Shown here one piece after another: positions 24,308 to 32,000 of a DNA stretch of 32,000 nucleotides. The notes below the pieces were generated by a model. That model worked only from the letters and a program-made list of their open reading frames with translations. It searched no databases and had not been told where the DNA came from. The DNA comes from Acaryochloris thomasi RCC1774 (GTDB taxonomy: Bacteria; Cyanobacteriota; Cyanobacteriia; Thermosynechococcales; Thermosynechococcaceae). Each line of letters starts with the position of its first letter. Position 1 is the stretch's first letter. Location: contig NZ_PQWO01000004.1 of NCBI RefSeq assembly GCF_003231495.1, positions 90,001-122,000 on the forward strand. The letters run 5' to 3'. The translations under genes were made by a program, and so were the position numbers.

Positions 24308-26455
24308 TTAGTCTTCTTCTTCTGCTGAGAGCTTGCCGAGTCGTTTCAGCACCATGACTGAGCGAGCTGCCACCGCAAGCGGCTGATCTTCAAGATAGCG
24401 CTTCCCTCGCTGGACAAATCGGGGCTTCGTGGTGTTGATCAAAATAGACCATTCCCACGCCTGCAGGTCAGGATGCAGATTGAACTCTAACGTTTCGTGG
24501 TGGGCGTTGAAAAACATCAGAAAACTGTCGTCAATGATCCGTTCGCCGCGCTCGCCCATGGTGGCAATCTCTTCGCCGTTTAAGAGAATTGCGATCGCTT
24601 TAATAAATCCGTCCTGCCACTGCTCCTCTGTCATTTCGCTGCCGTCTACATCAAACCAGACAATATCGCGGACCTCAGACCCGTGAATGGCCCGCCCCTG
24701 AAACCACTTGCGACGGCGAAAAATTGGGTGGCGGCGGCGCAGATCAATCAACTGGCGCGTGAAGTCTAAAAGCGCCTCGTTTTCTTCTGGCAGATTCCAG
24801 TCAATCCAAGAGATCTCGTTGTCTTGACAGTAGGCATTGTTGTTGCCCCCCTGAGTGCGACCCATCTCATCACCGCTGACGAGCATGGGCACTCCTTGAG
24901 ACAGAAGTAGCGTGGCTAAAAAATTTCGCCTCTGCTGTTTCCGCAGCTCAATTATCGCTGGATCATCTGTTTCCCCTTCCGCGCCGCAGTTCCAAGAGCG
25001 ACTATGGCTATCGCCGTCTCGGTTATCTTCGCCATTAGCCCTGTTGTGCTTTTCGTTGTAGCTAACCAAATCATTGAGGGTAAAACCATCGTGGGCGGTC
25101 ACGAAGTTGATGCTAGCGTGGGGACGCCGACCATTGATCTGATAAAGGTCAGAACTGCCCGTTAACCGATAGGCAAATTCAGCTAAGCCACTTTCTTCGC
25201 CGCGCCAAAAATCGCGCACGGTGTCGCGGTACTTGCCGTTCCACTCGGACCATAGCAGCGGAAAGTTACCCACATGGTAGCCGCCTTCGCCGACATCCCA
25301 AGGTTCAGCGATCAGCTTCACCTCAGCGAGCACTGGATCTTGGTGAATGATGTCAAAGAACGAAGCCAGGCGGTCTACAGAATAGAACTCCCGCGCCAGC
25401 GCCGTGGCTAAGTCAAAGCGGAACCCATCGACGTGCATCTCTAGCACCCAGTAGCGGAGGCTGTCCATAATTAACTTCAGCACTTGGGGGTTACGGACGT
25501 TGAGCGAGTTGCCGCACCCCGTAAAGTCCATGTAGTAGCGGGGATCCTCTTCTACCAGGCGATAATAGGTGTAGTTATCAATGCCGCGCAATGAGAGGGT
25601 TGGTCCCAGTTGGTTGCCTTCGCCTGTGTGGTTGTATACCACATCTAAAATCACTTCAATGCCGCCCCGGTGCAGCGCCTTGACCATTTCCTTAAATTCC
25701 TGCACCTGTCGCTCGGCCTTGCCGGCAACATAGCCAGCATGAGGTGCGAGGAAGGCAATAGAGTCGTATCCCCAATAGTTTTGCAGCTCTTTGTCAGCAA
25801 GATGACCTGGCTGGGAAAGAAAGTGGTGGACGGGCATTAGCTCGACTGCCGTCACCCCTAAAGACTGGAGATGGGAGATGGCGGCAGGATGGGCAAGCCC
25901 TGCATAGGTACCGCGCAATCGTTTGGGAATTTCGGGATGTAGCTGGGTAAATCCTTTGACGTGCGCTTCGTAAATAATAGTCTCGTGCCAGGGTGTTTGT
26001 AAAAGCTGATCACCTTCCCAGTCAAAGGCTTCGTCGATGACGATTGCCTTGGGGACGAGGTGCGCGTCGTCTATTTCTGAAAAAGAGATGTCTTCATGGT
26101 GGTCTTCCCAAGCATATCCAAAGAGGTCGGGACCAAATTCGATTTCTCCGTCTAATGCTTTGGCATAGGGGTCAATCAACAGTTTGTAAGGATTGAACCG
26201 ATGACCGGCTTTTGGATCATAGGGACCGTGAACCCGGAAGCCATAGCGCTGACCAGGCCCAATGGAGGGAAGGTAGCCATGCCAGGTAAAGTTCCGAACT
26301 TCGGTGAGTGGGATGCGCGTCTCGCGCCCTCTTTTGCCAAACAAGCAGAGTTCAACACCTGTTGCATGTTCAGAGAACAGCGCGAAGTTCGTGCCCTTAC
26401 CGTCCCAAGTTGCCCCTAGAGGGTAGGGTTTACCTGGCCACAGCGATAGATACAT
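24308..26455 (-). CDS. glgX: glycogen debranching enzyme GlgX (GH13)
   Basis: 715 aa. The N-terminus is GKPYPLGATWDGKGTNFALFSEHATGVELCLF. GH13 catalytic regions: VILDVVYNHT, GFRFDLA, EPWD, FVTAHDGF. Confidence 0.92.
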   Translation of the reverse strand: MYLSLWPGKPYPLGATWDGKGTNFALFSEHATGVELCLFGKRGRETRIPLTEVRNFTWHGYLPSIGPGQRYGFRVHGPYDPKAGHRFNPYKLLIDPYAKALDGEIEFGPDLFGYAWEDHHEDISFSEIDDAHLVPKAIVIDEAFDWEGDQLLQTPWHETIIYEAHVKGFTQLHPEIPKRLRGTYAGLAHPAAISHLQSLGVTAVELMPVHHFLSQPGHLADKELQNYWGYDSIAFLAPHAGYVAGKAERQVQEFKEMVKALHRGGIEVILDVVYNHTGEGNQLGPTLSLRGIDNYTYYRLVEEDPRYYMDFTGCGNSLNVRNPQVLKLIMDSLRYWVLEMHVDGFRFDLATALAREFYSVDRLASFFDIIHQDPVLAEVKLIAEPWDVGEGGYHVGNFPLLWSEWNGKYRDTVRDFWRGEESGLAEFAYRLTGSSDLYQINGRRPHASINFVTAHDGFTLNDLVSYNEKHNRANGEDNRDGDSHSRSWNCGAEGETDDPAIIELRKQQRRNFLATLLLSQGVPMLVSGDEMGRTQGGNNNAYCQDNEISWIDWNLPEENEALLDFTRQLIDLRRRHPIFRRRKWFQGRAIHGSEVRDIVWFDVDGSEMTEEQWQDGFIKAIAILLNGEEIATMGERGERIIDDSFLMFFNAHHETLEFNLHPDLQAWEWSILINTTKPRFVQRGKRYLEDQPLAVAARSVMVLKRLGKLSAEEED

Positions 26456-26840
26456 ACTGCCTCAGCTCTACGAAAGTTTAAAGATGCCCCCGACTTTGCG
26501 CGGGGAAACTTGGACATAACTCTATGAATTATAGATTTAGCGGCTGAATCGTGCGTCCATCCTTGGATACAAACGGGGCTAAAGACATAGGTAGTTGCCT
26601 TTTCAATCATCTCTTTCTCTGCCTGCCATGACTGGAAGACAAGCTTTGATAGAAAAGCAAGCATGGGATTTCTATCAAAGCCTCTATGCAAGAGAGGAGA
26701 TGCTCTCTTGTGCAAGATCATGCTCAAGGCTGTGGTCCAAGACATAAATTACCATTTCTAATGGCGTTGTTGATCCGACTCCGCCAGGGCTATGGGAAAG
26801 GCACTACACTGGTTGAGCTATCGTTTATTCTGCCCTTGAA

Positions 26841-27470
26841 ATGCAACCTCGCCGAATTGCCCGTGAATTGGCTCTACTGAGCCTTAGCCAACTGCCCAGC
26901 AAGCCTAAAAAGCTGGAAGAGCAGACGCCCCAGACTGTCATGCTGACGGCTATTCGCGCATTGACAGGAGAGGTGCAGGATGCTTTGGAAATGGCCTCGG
27001 CAGATCTAAAGCGTGGCAATGATTTGCTTCGGGATAGTGAGTTTCGTGCGGTTGATTTGAAGAGTTCTCAGGCAATGGTGGGAGATGCGATCGCACGTAC
27101 TCAAACTGCTATCAATCGCCTTGGTTCAGCCGTGGAGCTACCGGAACTCATGCAGCTGGGTGACCAGCAGGAAGTGCGAGATTACACCATCCAAATTGTC
27201 AGCACCTGCAACCAGTACCGCCAAGAGGTCGATGAACTGCTAGAAGCCTCGCTACAGGACTGGCAGCTCACACGCCTTGCAAAAGTAGATCAAAATATCC
27301 TTCGGATTGCGGTTGTCGAAATGGTCTACCTAGCGCTGCCGGATCGAGTTGCCATCAACGAAGCTGTGGAGCTAGCCAAACGCTACAGCGCCGAAGAGGG
27401 GCATCGATTTATCAACGGTGTGCTGCGGCGCGTCACGAAACAGTTGCCTGCGGCCCCTCAGCAATCTTGA
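26841..27470 (+). CDS. nusB: transcription antitermination factor NusB (long cyanobacterial form)
   Basis: 209 aa. It has N-terminal RRIARELALLSLSQL and a C-terminal NusB core (ILRIAVVEMVYL...PDRVAINEAVELAKRYSAEEGHRFINGVL). Confidence 0.85.
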   Translation: MQPRRIARELALLSLSQLPSKPKKLEEQTPQTVMLTAIRALTGEVQDALEMASADLKRGNDLLRDSEFRAVDLKSSQAMVGDAIARTQTAINRLGSAVELPELMQLGDQQEVRDYTIQIVSTCNQYRQEVDELLEASLQDWQLTRLAKVDQNILRIAVVEMVYLALPDRVAINEAVELAKRYSAEEGHRFINGVLRRVTKQLPAAPQQS

Positions 27471-27505
27471 ACGGCAAACCTTGAAGTCTGATGGTCTTAG
27501 ATTTC

Positions 27506-28681
27506 TCAAGCGGCTTCATGATCTGAATGTTCGTGCCGCTCCTTGCCGTATTTAAACTGAGAACGCTCACCCAGCTCTTGGCCTACTTTCCATAAATGCA
27601 TTCCCAATCGCAGTTGATTGGCTTCCCAAGCGTCTAGTGCTTTGGGGACATCGTGATTTTGGGCGGTTAGAGCCTCGGTGAGTGCGATCGCATTGGCTGC
27701 CCCTTTAGAAACACTAGCTGCCGTATGAGGACGAGGAACAAAGGCTGCATCCCCAACCAAGGCAACACGATCAAATGCCATTTGCGGCACGCCCAGATCT
27801 AGAATTGCTTGAACAAACGGCTCCTGGGTTGCAGCCACAAGCTGCTGAAAAGGCGGTGCAAGTACTTGATCCGCATACGATCGCATCTGCTGCTCAACGT
27901 CTAAAGCCATCATTCCCGGCGGAATCGAGTAGTCGCGGCGCTTACCGTTTTTATCCGTGAGGATAGATGCAAGTTCAGTGGCCTCGTCATAGTTGACGTA
28001 CCACACCCAGTTAAAACGACGCTCTCCAGGAATAAGTGACTCGTTTTCCCCTGGAATTACATATTGAAGAATATGGGAGTTGGGAAATTGAAAGAAGACA
28101 AACCGCTCTCGCATTAGATTTGCCGCTACGCTGTCAAGTTCCGCTTCATCCACCAAGCCACGATAGGCAACATAGCCTGCGTAGCTCGGCTCATAGCTTG
28201 GGAGGAGCTGGCTTCGCACCGTCGAGTTAGGACCATCTGCACCAATCAACAAACTGGCCGTATCTTGAGTATCGTCAGTGAAAGTAGCCGTGACCTGTTC
28301 TCTCTCCTGCTGAAACGTCTTCAGCGTTTTGCCTTGGTGATAATGTTCTGTCGGGAGATGCCGCCGCATCGTACCGTAGAGCAAATTCCAAGAGGTCAAC
28401 GTCTGGTGCATCATCATCCGCTGAGCAATGCTACCGTCTTGTTCGAGGTAGAGCCGCTCGTTAGCGATAACACCCAGTGGAGCTTCATAGGCAACACCGG
28501 CCTGATGGAAGGCGGCCAGTACGTCTGGCTGCAGTACAACCCCGCCGCCACGACTGGCGAGCGTATGGGAAGAACGTTCGTAGATATCGACCTCCCAGCC
28601 GATTGAGCGCAGCAAGATTCCTGTGAATAGTCCGCTCAGCGATCCGCCAATGATGATGGCGCGTTTATCTGTGGATTTCAT
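27506..28681 (-). CDS. FAD-dependent aromatic-ring monooxygenase (salicylate hydroxylase / UbiH-like class A flavoprotein)
   Basis: 391 aa with AIIIGGSLSGLFTGILLRSIGWEVDIYER (GxGxxG-type FAD motif), LLIGADGPNSTVR (DG motif) and VALVGDAAFVPRPHTAASV (GD motif). Its start overlaps the upstream stop by ATGA (28678..28681). Confidence 0.8.
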   Translation of the reverse strand: MKSTDKRAIIIGGSLSGLFTGILLRSIGWEVDIYERSSHTLASRGGGVVLQPDVLAAFHQAGVAYEAPLGVIANERLYLEQDGSIAQRMMMHQTLTSWNLLYGTMRRHLPTEHYHQGKTLKTFQQEREQVTATFTDDTQDTASLLIGADGPNSTVRSQLLPSYEPSYAGYVAYRGLVDEAELDSVAANLMRERFVFFQFPNSHILQYVIPGENESLIPGERRFNWVWYVNYDEATELASILTDKNGKRRDYSIPPGMMALDVEQQMRSYADQVLAPPFQQLVAATQEPFVQAILDLGVPQMAFDRVALVGDAAFVPRPHTAASVSKGAANAIALTEALTAQNHDVPKALDAWEANQLRLGMHLWKVGQELGERSQFKYGKERHEHSDHEAA

Positions 28682-29328
28682 TTCGCAACCTCCGCTTTCT
28701 CTCGCAAGGCATTTTGTAGGGCGGTTGAGTATGCCTCAACAGACTGAGCACCCGATAGAATTTCCTGTCCAATCTGAATGCTAGGGACACCTTGAATACC
28801 GCGAACCATGGCCTGACGTTCTGACTCGCGCACGTCTTCAGTACCAGCATCAGAGCGAAGAAAAGCCCTCACCGTTTTTCTATCTAGACCCACTTCATCT
28901 GCGAGATTTGCTAAGACCTCAGCTTCAGCAATATTTTGTCCTTCTGTGAAATATGCCTTCAGAATGCGTTCAGCCATTTCAGTTGCTTTGCCGACCTGTG
29001 CTGCAAATCCTGTGAGGCGATGTGCCTTTAGCGTGTTGGGTGTCACCTCCATCAGGTCATAGCGAAACTCAATGCCGTCGTTCTGGGTCGCCTGGACCGT
29101 TTTTGCATCGAGCAGTTGAGAATACTCCCAACTGCCAAACTTATTCGAGCGATAGGTTTGGCGATCGATTCCCGCTGCAGGCATGTCTGGGTTTAGCTCG
29201 TAGGGATGCCAGATACGTTCGATCTTGACTGTTGGATTGAGCTGGTCAAGGGCACAATTTAGCCTAGCCTCGGCAACCAAACACCAGGGACAAATAAAGT
29301 CTGACGTTATCTCTATTTTCAAAGCCAT
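28678..29328 (-). CDS. DsbA-family oxidoreductase (FrnE / 2-hydroxychromene-2-carboxylate isomerase-like)
   Basis: MALKIEITSDFICPWCLVAEARL contains the CPWC thioredoxin-fold motif. ATG at 29328 is preceded by AAGGAGG. The track ORF extends to 29406 with a non-protein-like extension. Confidence 0.8.
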   Translation of the reverse strand: MALKIEITSDFICPWCLVAEARLNCALDQLNPTVKIERIWHPYELNPDMPAAGIDRQTYRSNKFGSWEYSQLLDAKTVQATQNDGIEFRYDLMEVTPNTLKAHRLTGFAAQVGKATEMAERILKAYFTEGQNIAEAEVLANLADEVGLDRKTVRAFLRSDAGTEDVRESERQAMVRGIQGVPSIQIGQEILSGAQSVEAYSTALQNALREKAEVAK

Positions 29329-29413
29329 GCTGACTGCCTCCTTTTGGGACAATCTCACCATAACTCCACTCAATAGAGATGTTAATATAGCTCTCGGGCT
29401 AAACACCTTTGCG

Positions 29414-29425
29414 TTTTGCGCAAAA
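29414..29425. promoter_or_regulatory. 12-nt perfect palindrome TTTTGCGCAAAA in LysR/DsbA divergent promoter (candidate LysR box)
   Basis: Read directly. It lies between the divergent starts at 29328 (-) and 29437 (+). LysR regulators typically bind dyad T-N11-A sites in exactly this position. Confidence 0.3.
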
Positions 29426-29436
29426 AAGAGTTCAGT

Positions 29437-30357
29437 ATGGATCAGTTTTCGGCAATGCGAGCCTTTACAAGAGTGGCGGCGACCGGGAGTTTTTCAGAAG
29501 CCTCCCGGCAGCTTGGGGTAGCTGTTTCTTCAGTCACTCGCCAGGTGAATGCTCTAGAAGCGATGCTGAACACACAACTTTTCAACCGCTCGACGCGTAG
29601 CGTGACTCTTACGCCGCAGGGACGTAGATATTACGACAAAGCCATCCTCATTCTCCAAGACGTTGAGGCCGCGAATCTCTCAGTATCAGAACAAGACGAA
29701 ATACCACGGGGATTATTGCGGGTCAGCTTGCCCGTTGCCTTCGGGCGGCTCCACATTGCGCCACTGCTGGGGGATTTTCTGTCTCAATATCCTGAAATGC
29801 AGTTAGATTTGATTTTCAGTGACGGACTTGCTAACCCGGTGGAAGAGGCGCTGGATCTGGTCATTCGGATCTGCAATCTCGATCGCTCCGGCGTCAATTG
29901 GATCCTTCGTAAGCTTACCTCTCACACTCGAAAGGTCTGCGCCAGTCCGAGCTACCTTCAGGAGCATGGCATCCCCATGCATCCGGACGATTTAGCGGAT
30001 CACAATTGTCTCTGCTTTAGCTACTCCATTGGGCATGATACTTGGCGATTTAAGCGAGATAGTGAGATCTGCGAAGTGAAGGTCAATGGCTCTTTGGTCG
30101 CGAATAACTCAGAGGTTTTACGTCAGCTTTGTCTAGAGGGTGCAGGGTTGATTTTGATGCCCACTTGGTTGATTGGCGAGGATATTTGTGAAGGACGTTT
30201 GCAGACTGTCTTGGATGATTTTCAGTTTTACCCTCACACAGATGTTGATACTGGCGTTTATGCGCTTTACCTACCCAATCGACGCCACTCTCTGAGAGTG
30301 AAGACGTTTGTTGATTACCTGACTCAGCGACTTAGTCATTCATCTGCTTCTGGCTAG
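29437..30357 (+). CDS. LysR-family transcriptional regulator
   Basis: MDQFSAMRAFTRVAATGSFSEASRQLGVAVSSVTRQVNALE is a typical LysR wHTH, followed by a LysR substrate-binding domain. ATG at 29437 is preferred over the alternative start at 29416. Confidence 0.88.
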   Translation: MDQFSAMRAFTRVAATGSFSEASRQLGVAVSSVTRQVNALEAMLNTQLFNRSTRSVTLTPQGRRYYDKAILILQDVEAANLSVSEQDEIPRGLLRVSLPVAFGRLHIAPLLGDFLSQYPEMQLDLIFSDGLANPVEEALDLVIRICNLDRSGVNWILRKLTSHTRKVCASPSYLQEHGIPMHPDDLADHNCLCFSYSIGHDTWRFKRDSEICEVKVNGSLVANNSEVLRQLCLEGAGLILMPTWLIGEDICEGRLQTVLDDFQFYPHTDVDTGVYALYLPNRRHSLRVKTFVDYLTQRLSHSSASG

Positions 30358-30412
30358 ATAAGAAGAAAAACGCTCTAACTAAGTTGACTGCATTTACGGC
30401 TCTATAGTCGGC

Positions 30413-31324
30413 TCAACTCTTCAATCTTTCAATATCTCTCCTGGGTGGCGCACCAAACATACGGGAATATTCACGGCTAAACTGCGAGGGACTTTCATAA
30501 CCGATCTGATAGGCCGTCTGAGCCGCATCAGTACTCTCAGTAAGCATCATCTGACGCGCTTTCAATAGTCTTAGCTGTTTTTGGTACTGCAGCGGACTCA
30601 TTGAAGTGACCTCTTTAAAGTGGCGATGAAATGACGATGAAGACATATTAGCCTGCTCAGCTAGGGCCTCAACTCGCAGTGGCTTTGTGAAATCAACGTT
30701 GATTTGCCTGAGCACCTCAGCAATTCGCTGCATAGTGCTGCCAGATGTGGCGATCTGACGCACCGCTTCGCTTTGTTCACCGATTAGAAGGCGGTAATAG
30801 ATTTCACGGATAATCATTGGTGCCAAGAAAGGGATATCCTGTGGCGCGTCCAACAGTTGCGTCAGTCGGGTGGCACAATCAATTAACGGTAAATCGGCAT
30901 TATTGACAAATAAGCCTCTCACCGAGTTCTCTTTTTTATCTTTAATCGGTCTGACTTGAGCAATAATGTCGCAGAGTTGAACGGGGTCTAACGTCAGCTT
31001 GAGTCCTAAGTAAGGCTGACTGGTTGTTGCCTCCACCGGAAAGCCACAGATCGGTAAGTCAACTGAAACCACTAGATATTGGGCAACGCCATAGTAATAG
31101 GTTTCATCGTTGAGCAATACTTCTTTTTTGCCCTGAACGATGATAGCAAGGGTTGGTTCACAGACCCCCTGAAGTGTTTTTGCGGTAGATTCCCGCATGA
31201 GGTCTAGTTGATTGATGGCAGTTGTATGCATACCATCTCCCTTGCCGTCAGTATGCCGAGCTACCAATGCCGCTAATTCGCTGCATTTGCTGATTGTCGT
31301 CCTGTGACTCAGTACCTTATCCAC
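30413..31324 (-). CDS. AraC-family transcriptional regulator (AraC_N-type ligand domain plus C-terminal dual HTH)
   Basis: 303 aa with a GTG start. The C-terminus LAEQANMSSSSFHRHFKEVTSMSPLQYQKQLRLLKARQMM...AYQIGYESPSQFSREYSRMFGAPP is a canonical AraC HTH pair. Confidence 0.85.
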   Translation of the reverse strand: MDKVLSHRTTISKCSELAALVARHTDGKGDGMHTTAINQLDLMRESTAKTLQGVCEPTLAIIVQGKKEVLLNDETYYYGVAQYLVVSVDLPICGFPVEATTSQPYLGLKLTLDPVQLCDIIAQVRPIKDKKENSVRGLFVNNADLPLIDCATRLTQLLDAPQDIPFLAPMIIREIYYRLLIGEQSEAVRQIATSGSTMQRIAEVLRQINVDFTKPLRVEALAEQANMSSSSFHRHFKEVTSMSPLQYQKQLRLLKARQMMLTESTDAAQTAYQIGYESPSQFSREYSRMFGAPPRRDIERLKS

Positions 31325-31501
31325 CGCGTTGAATCCTTCATTGATTTCACTACTCCTGTGATCTCATTGTAGAAAATGTTTTTCTTGCCAATACTCCATT
31401 TGAGAGGATTAGGCAATTATCTGAGAAGTTTGTGTATTTAGCGTCAAGATTTTTGCGCCTACGATGAAACTATGTCAAAAGAACCATGAAAGGATAAGGC
31501 A

Positions 31502-32000
31502 ATGGTAAACGACGCAACAAAAATTGCTTTGGTGACAGGATCGAGCCGGGGGCTGGGCAAAAACACTGCTTTAGCACTGGCAAAAAAAGGAGTGAATGTC
31601 ATCGTCACATATCACAGCAGCGAGGCGGAAGCCGATCGTGTTGTGGCTGCGATCGCAGAACTGGGTCGTGAAGCTGTTGCCCTACAGCTCGACACATCTA
31701 GCACGAAAAACTTTGATGCGTTTGCAGTGCAAATCAAACAAGTCCTGAAAGACAAGTGGCAAACAGAGCAGTTTGACTTCTTGGTCAGCAATGCCGGAAT
31801 TGGCATCAACCAACCCTTTTTAGAGACAACCGAAGCAGACTTTGACTGCCTGATGAATATTCAGTTGAAGGGCGTGTTCTTCTTGACGCAAAAACTGCTG
31901 CCGCTGATCAAGGATGGCGGACGGATTATTAATATCTCATCGGGTCTGGCTCGATTTGCGCTACCAGGATATTCTGCCTATGCCGCAATGAAGGGAGGCA
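31502..32000 (+). CDS. short-chain dehydrogenase/reductase (SDR), 3' end truncated by window edge
   Basis: Hand translation from ATG 31502 gives MVNDATKIALVTGSSRGLGKNTALALAKKGVNVIVTYHSS...LVSNAGIG...ISSGLARFALPGYSAYAAMKG. It contains TGxxxGxG, NAG and YxxxK motifs. It is not in the track because no stop codon falls within the window. Confidence 0.8.
   Translation, partial: MVNDATKIALVTGSSRGLGKNTALALAKKGVNVIVTYHSSEAEADRVVAAIAELGREAVALQLDTSSTKNFDAFAVQIKQVLKDKWQTEQFDFLVSNAGIGINQPFLETTEADFDCLMNIQLKGVFFLTQKLLPLIKDGGRIINISSGLARFALPGYSAYAAMKGG

Noticed and set aside
26416-26745. 109-aa minus-strand ORF upstream of glgX
   Set aside because: It overlaps the glgX start and has no recognisable motifs. 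It most likely reflects the glgX/nusB divergent promoter region.
1-32000. CRISPR arrays, rRNA or tRNA genes, long tandem repeats
   Set aside because: Scanning by eye found no regularly spaced direct repeats, no rRNA-like conserved blocks and no complete cloverleaf candidates.

Overview
The window looks like cyanobacterial chromosome. The octamer GCGATCGC (HIP1) occurs at least 16 times, and the genes are mostly housekeeping: nudC, arfB, mnmE, prfB with its programmed +1 frameshift, glgX, nusB and an mreB-like gene. I found no rRNA, tRNA, CRISPR array, transposase or integrase.

Two regions stand out.

(1) An AT-rich insert of about 3 kb (about 5700-8760) lies between arfB and mnmE. It carries a hicB-hicA toxin-antitoxin pair and a solitary 524-aa Abi/UG-type (defence-associated) reverse transcriptase. 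The RT has a long helical C-terminal domain and ORF-free flanks of 468 nt upstream and 400 nt downstream, both containing hairpins. This is my best candidate for an undescribed RT plus ncRNA defence system.

(2) A tightly packed five-gene minus-strand operon (15252-20938) encodes a coiled-coil protein, a membrane OmpA/MotB-like protein with a Roadblock-like cytoplasmic region, a Ras-like small GTPase, a degenerate class III cyclase-like protein and a doubly degenerate GGDEF-EAL protein. It is divergent from a solitary MreB homologue. A perfect 17-bp inverted repeat sits in the shared intergenic region.

All functional calls come from reading motifs in the supplied or hand-made translations. 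No database searches were run.
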